Assembly: GCA_039621445.1 (NCBI GenBank)
Contig: CP154954.1
Span: forward strand, 48,401,847 to 48,465,846
From: Euglena gracilis
Lineage: Eukaryota
Direction of reading: 5' to 3'
Length of the DNA: 64,000 nt
Under the pieces are notes generated by a model. It ran no database searches. It was not told the origin of the DNA and worked only from the letters and a program-made list of their open reading frames with translations. This document shows, in pieces, positions 1 to 13,100 of the stretch (position 1 is its first letter; each line of letters starts with the position of its first letter). The position numbers and the translations under genes were made by a program.

Positions 1-139
1 TGCAAAAGATTGCAAATTATGCAAGTTGCATATTGCCCCCCTGTCTCCATTCAAATTACATCACTGCAGACCATGTCCTTTTTGCTCCCCCCCCCCCCCC
101 CCCCCGTTGCTTCTCCCCAATGCTCCTCTTCCCCCCCAG

Positions 140-3100
140 GGGCCCACCGATCACGCTGCACAACGGCCACCTGGAGCTGTTCAACAAGGGCTGAGGCAGG
201 GGTCGGGCATGTCTCCAAACGAGGGTGACATGCGCAGAGAATCCGCGACCGAAAGTCCCCATACCTCCCCCAGGGTGCGTCCAAGCGTGATGGCAAACGT
301 CACAAAGCAAGAAACAGACGAGGGGGGGTGAGGGCAGGAAGGTGGGCCCAACCCCAAGCGCAGCCCGATGGGAGGCCTCCGCCAGCTGCTTCTCATGCTT
401 GGCGTCCTCAGGCGGGGCCACTCTGGAAGGTACCCGCACTTCGTGGGAGGATGGGCAATAGACCCCACAAGAGGCAGGGGGAAAGAATGAGGAAAGTATG
501 GACACTCCAAAATTGCGACACAAAAAAAGGGGGAAAAATGCAAAAAAGGCACACAAAAAAAAAGAAAATCAGACCTAGGTGTAAAATCTTTTCAAATACG
601 TAAACATTAAGATTGGTGGTGGGAATTGGCTGATTCTGAAACTACACATTTTTGGGCCAATATGCACAGAAAATGCGAAGATTTGGTTTTAACAAACTTT
701 GGCCACAATATGTTGCTTCCCAAACAAGAATAAAAATTTTTTTGGGGAAAAGGCAAAAAAAGCAAAAAAGACAAATTTGATCAGAATCAAAAAAGACAAA
801 AAAACCCACATGTGTACTCCCCTGCAAGGGGGCCTGGCCTGGCCGGCCTCTCCCTCGCTCTGGCCTTGCCGCTTCTCCGCCACGTCCATCGCCCGCCGCA
901 GCGCCGCCGCCTCCCCCTGCAACCCCGCCGCAGTCTCCAAGCCGTCCGCCCCCCACTGCACCGCTGCCCGCACCGCCCCACCCTCACGTCGTCCAACCAC
1001 TCCCAACCTCACAAATCCGTACCAAATCAAAGTCCAAGGACTGAAATCTCTGTCCTCTGACAGGGGGGTGGTCGTTGGACATCATTTTCGGACCAAAAAG
1101 AAGGGCCTCCGACGGGGGGTCGTTAGGCCGAGGAGGGTGAGGGGTTCCAAGGACAAGCGGCATCCCCACCGCAGCCAATCCCGGCAGAGGAAGTGGGACA
1201 ATCGCCTCCGGCTCCCCGGCACTGGCAAATCAACAGAAGGGTGACCCTGCCCACGGGCAAGCTCACACTTGATACTTGGTACTGTGACCCCACCAGGGGA
1301 TTTCACTTGTCCGCCATGTTTTATGCGAAAAAATAGACACTCAGAAAGGGCGGCCCATTGAATTAGGAATCACCTTCTTGATTTCCGCGACATTTTTTTG
1401 ACAGTTTTTGACATACCCAGAGGCTGTTTTCTCCGACACTGCGTCAAAAAAAATCAAAACCCCGTCATGAACCCATCCCTGCCCCATGGGCAGCGCGATG
1501 ACCTGTCGGGAGGCAAACAACAAAATCAGTACATGAGAAAAATCACGCTTTCTTGGGCATCCAAAAAGTGAGAACCAACGCTTGTCTGCCAAAGTCAAGG
1601 TGGGCGATACTTTGAGTTCAGCCTGTGCCCAGACACAACAACCACTGGTTGGAAGGTCGTCTCTGGGGATGGGGAATTGGCAACTCGCAGACATTTCTGG
1701 GGTTGTTCTGTCACCGAGGGTGGCTGGAATGTGGACTGGGGGGGGGGGGGGGGGGGGGCGCCTGCCAGCACTCCAGCATCAGCGCGACGCGGCCCTCCGC
1801 CTCCTCCGCCGCGCACCGGTCCGCCGCCCTCCGGCACTGGTCCGCCGCGCGGTCCTTCTGCTCCCGCAGCTCCCGTCTGAGGCGCTGCTCCGCGTCAGTC
1901 CGGCCGAGCCGCTCTTCCGTCCCCAGAGCGGTGCGCCCAGCCTGCTCAGCGTGCTGCAGCCACCGGAGGCACATGGCATGTGCATCGTTGGCGTCAGCGA
2001 GCTGTGTCATGGGAATGGGGTGCCCGCCTTCACCAGGCGCATGGCGTGTACGTTGTGTGGGTCGGGGGGGTGGGGTATGTGTGCGGTGATCTGTGCATGA
2101 AGTGTGCAGCCAGAGCTGGGTTTTGAGGTGCTGAATGTGGTGCAAGACACAGTGGGCTGGCCCACGCAGCCATCAAGAACGGAGGCACGCTGGATCGCTG
2201 CTTCCCTCTCGCCTACAGTGCTCCGTCATATGAGCCAGAGGTTTTTTAAGGACCCCCAGGGGAAGGGGGGGATCCGGACCCACACCACGCCCCTTAAATA
2301 TCTGATGTGAACACAAGCACCAAAAAAATCACTTACAGATGATTCTCCCAAGCAGGGTTCAGACCCGGGGGGGTCCCCCAGCCCAGCCAGCCCGGTCCCC
2401 CCCCCAGGGGGGGGAGGCCAAAAATCGGGCCGTCTGAGACCATTTCCCAAAAAAAAATTCGGCGTTACGCGCCGAAACCTACACCTCGCCTCCAGACCAG
2501 GACCCCGAGGGAGGTTTCTTTTGACTCTAAAGAAGCCTGATTGATCCCAACCACAAAAATACAAAAAAAAATCGAAATTCCACACTGGCACCCTGGAGAA
2601 AAATGATGAAGAAATACATAGACAAAAATCACGCAGACCAGCCACAAAAGGAGGAGGAAGGTGTTGAATTCCCGCATGACTCCTTGAATGGATCACCATG
2701 TGCACGCTGTCGAGGTTCCCAAATCTCGAGCCTCCTTCGAAGTTTGTCATCCCATCGATCCCATGACGTTTTTAACCTTCCCTTTGCTTGCTCAAGCATA
2801 TGGCGTTGGTTCAGCTTCCTCACCAAAATGCATACATAGCTTTGCCCAACGGAGGACTGCCCAGTAGTGACCACTTCAAATTCAGTCTGCAGATATTGGA
2901 GGCGATCATTGGCTGGTGCCAGAAACCCTCTGGTGACTTCCAAAAAAAATCTATACCTCCCTATGCTCAATACCCCCCGAAAAAAATCTTCTCAGCTATC
3001 CCTGGACTTGGCTGAAACAATGCAGGAAAAAGACTTGGCAACCGCATCATGAGTGCGGTGGCCAAGGCTCTTTTTTGGGGGCACCTGCTTGCATGTCCGT

Positions 3101-6100
3101 ATGGTAGGGACACAGACGATCCGGCTGCGCAATCACACCACCTCCGATGAAGCCGGTTGGTGCAGGGGACCACGGATGGCAGTATCCCGCCGCCCACCAG
3201 CCCGCCGGCTGAAAGTTCAGCACGCCACGCCCCCCCCCCCCGGTCACCTGTGGGGACCCTGGGGCGACGCCAGCTCTCGCAGGGCGGCGGTGTGCTGCGC
3301 CTCGAGGGCCGCCAGCCGGCTCTGCAGCGCCGCCCGCTCCTCCGCCGCGGCGGCGTCCCGCTGGTCCCGCAGCGCGGCCGCCTCCGCCGCCTGCCGGCCC
3401 TCCTCCAACAGCTGCGGGCCCGCCACCCGGCGGCCACCGTCAAGAGGGGGGGAAGGTTTTTTTTTTGGGACCGGGCACACCCACCCCATATGGGGCCCCC
3501 AATGGCGTGGCTGTGGGGGCCCCACACCCACTTTGGGGGGGGGGGGTTGTATTATAGGGTCACTGAGGGGTCCTGTGGGCCGGCTGCAAAAAGGTGCTGG
3601 CTGGACCCCCGCCTCTGATTCCGGCCGGCCGGCAGACAGTTGGACCCAAAAAAATGCCCTACAAAGCCCAAATCCATCTGGGTGTGCATTTTTCGGCCAA
3701 ATTAGGAGGTCAAAATGGCCATTTCTGGCCATTTTGACCCCATTTTCAAAAACTTCCCGCACTTGCGCCGAAATTTTTTTTCCTGCCCTGCTTCGCCAGG
3801 CTGGACCCAACTTTTGTTTCAGCAGGCCACGGGGGGGTGCCGGCTGGAAAAAAAAGTGATGGCTGGCTGGACCCCCTCCGGGGGGTAAGGTCCCCTCCAG
3901 GAAGAAAGACCCTGCTGTCACAGTACATTGTACAAGCCGCAGAGCGTCCCAGAATGCCACTCAAGAGGTTTCTTCAGACTTTTTGAAGGGGATGGAGCGT
4001 CAAGAAAATCAAGCAGTCGATTGTGGGCCAAAACGCATATGCACAGATGGTCTGACTTTCTGCCCTTCAAAACGATGCCCGTTAGTTGCATAAAGGTCTG
4101 TGCACTCGCACACACTGCAAAAGGGGTCGTGTGGGCCGTTTGGCTCTGTGTGTGGGTGTGGGGGTGTGGGGGTGAGCGAAGGCTTGAACCCAATCCTGCC
4201 AGCGAGCAGAATGGCGGTCGCCACAGTGCACTGTAACTCGGAGGCCTCTGCCACGAGAGGGCCGGGGCTGCGCTCAGCGTTCCCCGTGTTAAAAAAAATA
4301 CAGTTTTAAACTGCAAAGAAACGCAGTGCAGTGCGGCTCAAAAGAGTGAACGTTGGGCGACGTGGGCAATTAATAACAACCGAGTGTGGTGAAATTTTGG
4401 GACGGATTTCAGTCCGGGAGTCGAGGGCCGGAAACAACGGGCTGGACCACAAACCCACCCTCCGTGGACACGAACCGGGGGAGGGGGGGTTGGGCGACAG
4501 CACCGCCCCGGGCGCGGCCGTTGCTCTGCCGCAGCTCCGCCAGCGCCGCCGCAGCCGCCTCGCCGTCCCGCGCAGCAACATCCAGCCGGCGGTGCAGCTC
4601 CGCCAGCGCGTCCCCCGCGGCGGCGCGCTGGGCCTCCCCCGCCTCCCGCAGAGCGCTGGCCTGCCCCTCCAGCGCCGCCCGCAGCGCCTCCGCCTTGGCC
4701 GGGGGGAGGCCCTGGCTCAGACAAGCTTGGGGGCAGGGTTCGATATAAGGACAGGTGGGGGGGGGTGGTCCGGACCCCCCCCCTGCGGGCCAGGGGGGGG
4801 GGGGGGGGGGGGGCCCCCCCCCCCCCCTAAACAGCTGCGCGGGCAGGGTGGCCGAATTTCGCGCGGGGCCGAAAATTTTTGACCCCCCAAAACGACCAAA
4901 AGTGCCACTTTGGGCACTTTTTGGGCAAAAATGTGCCAAAAATGCAAAAAATTTCTGCGCGAATCGCCGGAGGAAAAAATTGACCCTTTTTGGGGGGGAG
5001 GTCCCGGGAACCCCCCGAGGGTCGGTCCGGACCCCCCTTGCAGGTGGGGGTGGGGGGGTGGTCCGGACCCCCCCCTGCGGGCCAGGAGGGGGGGGGGGGG
5101 GGGGGGACACCCCCCCACCTAAACCATGTACGCCCTCCTTATATCAAACCCTGCTTGGGGGGGGTAGGGCAGGGGAGGCAAAGACGTGCCGCGCATGCAA
5201 ATGGCGTTCTTGCTTGAGAGCTTGCGTGACAAGTGTTTTCTCTGTTTGAATCCACACGAGAAAAGTGTAGTCGCAAATGCTGCTCCCATTCCACCCATGC
5301 CTGAAAACAGGTGGATAATACCTCCGGCACAGCCCACGCAAACCGAGGACTAAAGACGCGCGGGGCCTCGCCAGGTCCTCGCGCAGGTCGGCGATGGCGT
5401 GTTGCAGCCCCGCCACCTGCGCCTCCTGCCGAGCCCGCGCTGCCAGCAGCTGCCAGCCCTCCGCCACGCCACACCACCCGAGCTGCTCCTCCACCGCCAG
5501 CCGCCCCCGCTCTGCTTGCTCCCAGTGCTCCAGCCGCCGCACACCCGCAAGCCCCGGGCCACCCCTGAGGGGGGGGAGGAAGGGGGCGCAAGTCGGTAGT
5601 GGCTATCAAAACGATTCGCTGACACCCCAGCACGATCAGAGGCTCCAGTCGGACCCAAAACCCAAGCTGTCGAGGTCTCGGGCGGGCGGTTGCTCTGTGC
5701 AAGTGGTGGAATGGCATTAGGAATTCCCACCTCTGAGAACTACATCCCGTCGGTCCGGTAGCAAGGCAGACTGGCAGATGAAGCACCGAAAAGGAGGGAG
5801 CTGGCTAAGATGTCTCAGGCAAAATATGCTCTGGAGGTGCAAGGCTTGGCCGTGCTCAAGCCGCAGTGCAACGGAGCCAGCCCAGGTCCGGAAAGTCAAA
5901 AGTAAACAGGAAATTTGACCTCTAACAATTTAGGCTCTTAGTGTCAACGTTTCTTGGATGTACACTGTGTCCAAATGGCACATCAAAAACACCAGCTGTG
6001 TACCACAAAAGAGTTGAACTACTGTCTGTCCTGACTCGATGCCCACCGACATGTTACCGGCGCCAGACCCCGGCTCCGGGCTGCCCCAGTTCCTCCTCCA

Positions 6101-9100
6101 GCCGCTCCACGGTGGACGCCTTCGCCGTCGCCATCGCCTGCAGCTGGTCGTGGGCGCTGCGCAACTCCTCCGCCGCGCTGGCCAGGCGGTCCTGGCGCTC
6201 CTCCGCCACCGCGTGCAGCGCCGCCGCCTGCTCCCGAAGCGCTGGGGCCGCAGGCCGGCCGGCACAGGGGGGGGGGGCGCTGTGGCCATTCATGACAACG
6301 TTGGCACAAAGCAAGGCCCCGGCACCCCGTGCTGGGTCAAACCCCGCCGAGCCCAGCCGGCCGCATGGGGGGGCATTCACCTGAAAAACGGGCCACCCAC
6401 TGGAGGAACAGAATGAACACCCCATGAAGGAAAATGCAAAAAAAAAAAGTAAGTTGGCACGTTGATGGGCCCACGCCTCGAGGGAACATTTAGAAGCACG
6501 TTGTGAATCACGAAGTTTGGGGCGAGAGGGCAACCGCAGAATTGCAATCCTCCCATTGGCTTCGCATCTGGCTTCAGCCTTTGCGTCCATCCCCTCACTG
6601 ACACACCCATTATAGGGGAGGAGGGGGATGGGGGATGCAGTCCTTTGTGGGACTTGCGTTTGGCAGGGGTCTCATCAACAGCCGGCTGGGCCGCGCACTC
6701 CATCTCCTCGTGCAGCGTTCGCGCCTCTTCCCCAGCGGTCTGCACCCGGCTCTGGTACGCTGCAGCGTCCCGCGCGGCGTCGAGCGCCCGCTGCTCCGTG
6801 TGCCGGCAGTGAGCCTGCAGCGCGTGCAGCTCCGCATGCGTGGCGGCGAGCTCGCCCTCGAGGCCCCGCTGTGCCGGCACGGGCCGGGGCGCCGGCGGCA
6901 GACAGGTGGCCAACGCCGAGGTTGGACGCCTGCCACCTCCGTCATCGAACCATGGCTGGTCGGAATGGCGGCATTGAGCCCCCCCCCCCCCCGGGCCGAG
7001 GGTGTCTCCTGCAGCCGGTGGCACTCTGCGGACCGCGTGTGCAGTGCGGACTGCAGCCCGACACACTGCTCCCGGGCGTCGTCGCGCTGCGCCTCCAGTG
7101 CGCTGCGGGACTCGTCCCACACCGCCTGCTGGGCTCCCGGCAGCGCAGGTGGACGGAAGGCGGGGTTGGGCTCCCAAAGCCCCTGACAGCCTTCCTCTCT
7201 GATGGAATTGGGGACCTTGTGCAACCAAAGTGTCGCTTCCTGAAAATCCCATCTGGTGCTGCAAAACTTGGGCTGAATAAAAAAAAAGGGTGACCCCTCC
7301 CCAAAAGCAGACGCAAACCCGAGAATCGAACCTGCCCCTCAAAAATCAATCCGAAATGAAGCCGAATCATCAAAGGTGGCTCCCCTTCCGCTGCAGCGAT
7401 TTCCCCCCGTCCCATACAGCCACCAGCGGTTCATTTGTCACGACCTGCTCATCAACTTTGCTGAGTGGTAACCCCCAGCGGGGGAGGGGCAAAGGGCAAT
7501 GGCGGGGGAGGACAGCCGAACCGGTGCTGGGCGCAGTGATGTGCTGGTGGGCTGCCAGCTCCTCCCGCAGCCGGGTCTGGCCCTGCCCCAGCGCCCCCAC
7601 TTCGAGCTGCAGCCGCCCCGCCTCCGCCTCCAGCCGCTCGTTGCGGACCGTGACCGCCGCTGGCTGGGCAGTCCGCGCTGCCCATGCCCGCCCCTCCCAT
7701 CAAGCGGGCCCTGCATTGCCCGTCCCTGAGGGTTGGTTGTTGGAAGCCACGGCCGTGTCGTGGCTTCCAGGCTTCAGGGAATTTAATAAGACCCCCGGGG
7801 GGTCCAGCCGGCCGGCTGAAAAGAGGTTCTGGCTGGACCCCCCCCCCCCCCCAGGGAGTGGTGGTCCAGGGAGGTGGTTCGAACCCAGCTGCCGGGCTGG
7901 GCCTGGCTGGCACCCCAAAGCAGGCAAAACAGCCCAAAACCTACCTGGGATGCATCTTTGAGGTGAAAACCCCCCAAAAAGTGCAAAAAATGGCCTTTTT
8001 GGCCATTTTTGACCACTCTATTTCAAAATTTTCGGAGCTTTGCGCCGACTTTTTTCGGTCTAGTCCTTTGCCGGGATGTGAAAACTTAATTTTGACCCGG
8101 GGGAGTCCGCGACCCTGCTGGGAGGTGCTGGCTGGCTGGACCCTTCCCGTCCTGCCTAAGAGATTACCTGTTGCCATTTTTCAACCAGGAGCCAATTACG
8201 CCCTGTGTGGTCTGCTGGCTCCCCCCCAAAAAAAGAAAGGAAAGGACCAAGTAAGAACAAACCACTTTTGGTGGACGTTGCAAAAAAAATCCGGCGCCAC
8301 GAATGGCACACTGTGGCGCTCCCAGCCACTCCTCCCGGCGCTGGACCCCCCTGGGCGCCAGCTGCTCCGTGAGCTGCGCCGCCGTCCACTCCGCCTCCCG
8401 CCGCTGCCCCTCCAGCGCCTCATCGTACCTGGCAGCCCGGCCCTCCAGCTGCCGGGCACTGCACCGTGCAGCCAGTCGGCCCGTAGCCTCGCCGGCCACC
8501 GCCGCCGGACGGGGGCTGCGCGCCCCACCCGTGCTTTTTGGTGGCAGCAGGCCCCCCCACCGTGAATTGACGGAGGGGGGGGGGTGGGGGCGACCCGACC
8601 AGTGACCCCCCTAACGTTGTGGGGGTCCACTGGGGGGGGTCCACTGGCGGGTCGGTGGCGATGGTCGCCGACGCGGCCAGCTGTCACTTTGCGAATGGTT
8701 TGGCAGCAGCCCAACCACTTCCGGTTTGGCGGGCGGCCGGTGATACAATTAAAATGAGTTGTAGGCCCGATCAAAAACAGGTCCTGGCTTGCCGCTTGCT
8801 GTTCGGGGGGAAAAAGGGGCGGCGCAACCCCACACCGTGCTGGGACCAGAGGCGACGGTGCTTTCCCGCAAACTAAGCCACAGCAAACTAAACAATAAAA
8901 CTCTGCCAGTGCCATTAGGGGGAGGTAAGAGACAGGCCACATGGCCCCCCGGAGTTGGTCACGACGGGTGGTCCACGGCAGCGTACGTAACCAGGTGCGG
9001 TCGGAAATCGTCGGCTGGGAGGGGGTGTCTGCAATCCGGTTCGGCGCCGATGTTTGCGTGGGACGAGTGTGTCGGGCGCCGGGGGTGGTGTCATTCGATA

Positions 9101-10190
9101 ACTGCCATGGGCGGCGTATGGGTGATCCGTGCAGAGGGGTGCCACGGGTGGTGGGCGTTTCGGAGCACCCGCCGGGTTCTAGTCCTGCTTCGGTCCCGTC
9201 TGACTTTCAGCCCCCACACTCCCCCCACACTCCCCCCCCCTGTCACCCCCCACACTTAACCCTCCCACACCCCCCCCCACTGTCCTCCACACTCCCCCAC
9301 CCCCACCACCCACTGACAACTGTTTTGGGCATGACAAGCCAGAAGGGTCACCACAACAACTTTAAATCCAGCGGTGAACTCAGGATAGAATTGAGATGGG
9401 GCGATCCTTTTGATTGATGGAGTCTCAGGTAGTTTAGCCGGGGGTAGGGGGGTGCTTATCTAGATGGGGGTGCCTGCCCTAGCACCGCCCCCCCCATGGG
9501 GTTGGCACCCGACTGAAAAAAAAGTGAAAAAAAGTTTGGTTTGGGAAGCACGGGTTGCAATTGGGGCCACCAAAAGGGGGGGGTCTCTGCTTTGGGAAAA
9601 TCAACGCCACATCTCCTCCGTTGGGTGTTTGCCAACTAGTTGAAAAGTTTGAGACTCCGTCAGGCTCCACCTCCAAAACGCTCGCTATCACAGAGGGAGT
9701 GGTCTCAGACCTGCACAATGTCAAAAGCCACCAGCCTCAGACACATCGGAGAGGTAACAGCACGATAATCCACCAGTTGCCATCTCCAGCTGGAGGGTGG
9801 ATTGAAAATTGGTCAGCTGCTGACCGGGCGTCGCAGTTCAAGAATGCAAAGCACAGAAACCATGAATTGGAGCACAAAAAAAAAGGAAAAGAAAAAGAGA
9901 AACGAGGACGGTGGAAAAAACTTCTGTGGAGAGTTCAAAGGCTCCAGCAAAGAAGCCTATTTGGTTGGGTGGTGCAGCAAAAAGTGAAGTGAATGGCGGA
10001 AAGCAAATTTGTAAAACTGTTTAACAAGAGGAAATGTGAAAAAAGCAACAGCCGGGGCGAGAATCAGCGAAATGGAGTTGCTTTGTCGCCTCTGCCAGTG
10101 CAGCAGTCAGTCGTGCACACTCCTCCCCCTGGGCTGCGAGATGCCACTTCAGCTGCTGTATCTGCTCTGCCGCTTCACTGTAACCCACTG
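140..10190 (-). CDS. Cluster of downstream exons (~10050-10190, 8317-~8500, 7533-7663, ~7005-7135, 6692-~6875, ~6080-6245, ~5365-5545, ~4510-4700, ~3265-3420, ~2690-2920, 1768-~1960, ~1160-1220, ~845-975, ~370-450, ~140-260)
   Basis: Coiled-coil peptides on the minus strand. Junctions 7664-8316, 7136-7532 and 6246-6691 splice in frame under the +4 CAG/-8 CTG rule; the rest are approximate. Confidence 0.65.
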
Positions 10191-13100
10191 TTCATAGCCT
10201 TAGATCAAGATTTCCAAATTAACATATGAGAGGAGGAGAAATTGATATCAGAGGCGAGCGGAAAAATACAGATAATTGCAGGTGAAATTCTGAAAGCTGC
10301 AGCAAAATTACGGGATAGTTGCAGATATTCATTTCTATCCTGCCAAAACAGAAGCAGCAGGTGACCAGAGGTGGAATATCGAGGTAAATCTACACTTGGT
10401 ATGCAAAGAGCAGGAAAAAGAACTCGAACAAAAAAAAATTGGACGGGTGACGGAAAAACCCTTTCGGGTTAGACCAGCAGGTGGTCAACTTTCGCTCCTT
10501 CCATCGCCTCGCACAAGCGACGCTGCTCCTCCGCCGCCTGCCCCTCCACCGCCGCAAGCGTCTGCCGAGCTGCTTCCGCCGCAGCGGCCATCTGCTCCTC
10601 CAGACCCGCCAGCTTGTCGCTCAGCAGTGCTGGCAGCCGGCCCCTTCACCCTTTGCACGTCCCCCCTGCGAGGTGCTGGAACCCACCGAGGGGCCACGTG
10701 AGGGCCTGCCCACTGCCCTGAGCCTGCTTTGAGCCCCACCCTCGCTGTGACCGCCGGGGGACCCTGGGTCGCTTTTCGTTCAGGGGAAGCACCCCCACCG
10801 GCCCGCCCACACCCGTGCTTTGGTGCTTGCAGCAGGCCAGCCCAAAAACGTCGGCAAATAATTCAAGGGGGGGGCAGTGCAGGACGGGGGGCGGGGGTTG
10901 TTCGAAAGAACCAGGGGAGGGAGGGATCGCCCCACCCAGCCCACCCCAACCCGCACTGGCAGCCCGCCCTCACCAGTATTGCCAGCGGCGAAGGGGCTCG
11001 GCTGGCCGTCGCCTCCTCCTCCAGGCGTCCCTTCTCCGCCTCCATCTCGTGCAGCTGCTCCCGCAGCGCCACCATCTCCCGCGCCACGTCCGCCCCCTGC
11101 GAGTGCGACGCTGCCAGCAGCCCCTTCAGCTCCGCCACCTGCGCCTCCACCGCCGACTGTCCCGCCGTGGCCTCCGCCAGCGCCGCGGTCAGCCGTGCAC
11201 ACTCCTCCCCCTGGGCCGCGAGCTGCCGCGCCATGTCCTGTGTCTGCTCCTCCGCTGCGCCGGCACCTGCCGGTCCAGCCAACCCCCCCTCCCCAACCAT
11301 CCTCCAAAACCCTCAACTCCCACGCGGGCACGTTGTGGTCCTCAAACTCTATAGAAGCCCGTCTCCCCACCCCCGCCGAGCACCAGCAAACAACCTCCCA
11401 ACGACCCCGGCACTCCCACCTGTCCCACAACGCGCGAGGGCACTCCGACCCCCACCCCAACTTCCTCCCGTGGCAGCTCTGGCCGTCCCATGCCCCCGCC
11501 CCCCCCCTCCCCAAGCAGAAAATGTTGGGCCCTCGGCAGTGGATCACCACTCACGCATTGCGGCTAGCTGGACGGTGGGGAGTGGGTTTTGGGACGGGCG
11601 TGGCAAGGCACCCCATCCCTGGACCAGCAGGTGGTCAACTTTCGCTCCTTCCATCGCCTCGCACAAGCGACGCTGCTCCTCCGCCGCCTGCCCCTCCACC
11701 GCCGCAAGCGTCTGCCGAGCTGCTTCCGCCGCAGCGGCCATCTGCTCCTCCAGACCCGCCAGCTTGTCGCTCAGCAGTGCTGGCAGCCGGCCCCTTCACC
11801 CTTTGCATGTCCCCCCTGCGAGGTGCTGGAACCCACCGAGGGGCCACGTGAGGGCCTGCCCACTGCCCTGAGCCTGCTTTGAGCCCCACCCTCGCTGTGA
11901 CCGCCGGGGGACCCTGGGTCGCTTTTCGTTCAGGGGAAGCACCTCCCCCCCCACCAGCCCGCCCACACCCGTGCTTTGGTGCTTGCAGCAGGCCAGCCCC
12001 AAAACGTCGGCAAATTATTCAAGGGGGGGCAGTGCAGGACGGGGGGCGGGGGTTGTTCGAAAGAACCAGGGGAGGGAGGGATCGCCCCACCCAGCCCACC
12101 CCAACCCGCACCGGCAGCCCGCCCTCGCCAGTTTTGCCAGCGGCGAAGGGGCTCGGCTGGCCGTCGCCTCCTCCTCCAGGCGCCCCTTCTCCGCCTCCAT
12201 CTCGTGCAGCTGCTCCCGCAGCGCCACCATCTCCCGCGCCACGTCCGCCCCCTGCGAGTGCGACGCTGCCAGCAGCCCCTTCAGCTCCGCCACCTGCGCC
12301 TCCACCGCCGACTGTCCCGCCGTGGCCTCCGCCAGCGCCGTGGTCAGCCGTGCACACTCCTCCCCCTGGGCCGCGAGCTGCCGCGCCATGTCCTGTGTCT
12401 GCTCCTCCGCTGCGCCTGCACCTGCCGGTCCAGCCAACCCCACCTCCCCAACCATCCTCCAAAACCCTCAACTCCCACGCGGGCACGTTGTGGTCCTCAA
12501 TCTCTATAGAAGCCCGTCTCCCCACCCCCGCCGAGCCCCAGCAAACAACCTCCCAAAGACCCTGGCACTCCCACCTGTCCCACAACGCGCGAGGGCACTC
12601 CGCCCCCAACTTCCTCCCGTGGCAGCTCTGGCCGTCCCATGCCCCGCCCCCCCCCCCCTCCCCAAGCAGAAAATGTTGGGCCCTCGGCAGTGGATCACCA
12701 CTCACGCATTGCGGCTAGCTGGACGGTGGGGAGTGGGTTTTGGGACGGGCGTGGCAAGGCACCCCATCCCTGGACCAGCAGGTGGTCAACTTTCGCTCCT
12801 TCCATCGCCTCGCACAAGCGACGCTGCTCCTCCGCCGCCTGCCCCTCCACGGCCGCAAGCGTCTGCCGAGCTGCTTCCGCCGCAGCGGCCATCTGCTCCT
12901 CCAGACCTGCCAGCTTGTCGCTCAGCAGTGCTGGCAGCCGGCCCCTTCACCCTCTGCACGTCCCCCCTGCGAGGTGCTGGAACCCACTGAGGGGCCACGT
13001 GAGGGCCTGCCCACTGCCCTGAGCCTGCTTTGAGCCCCACCCTCGCTGTGACCGCCGGGGGACCCTGGGTCGCTTTTCGTTCAGGGGAAGCACCTCCCCC

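Noticed and set aside
1326-1348. Functional SL RNA gene
   Set aside because: No GT donor or SL-intron sequence follows, and there is no tandem or 5S-linked context.
2236-8170. Further MITE candidates at ~2236-2539, ~3555-3914 and ~7775-8170 (similar cases at ~31399, ~42511, ~44803, ~59107)
   Set aside because: The G/C-run architecture resembles the confirmed MITEs, but TIRs and TSDs match too poorly to define boundaries.
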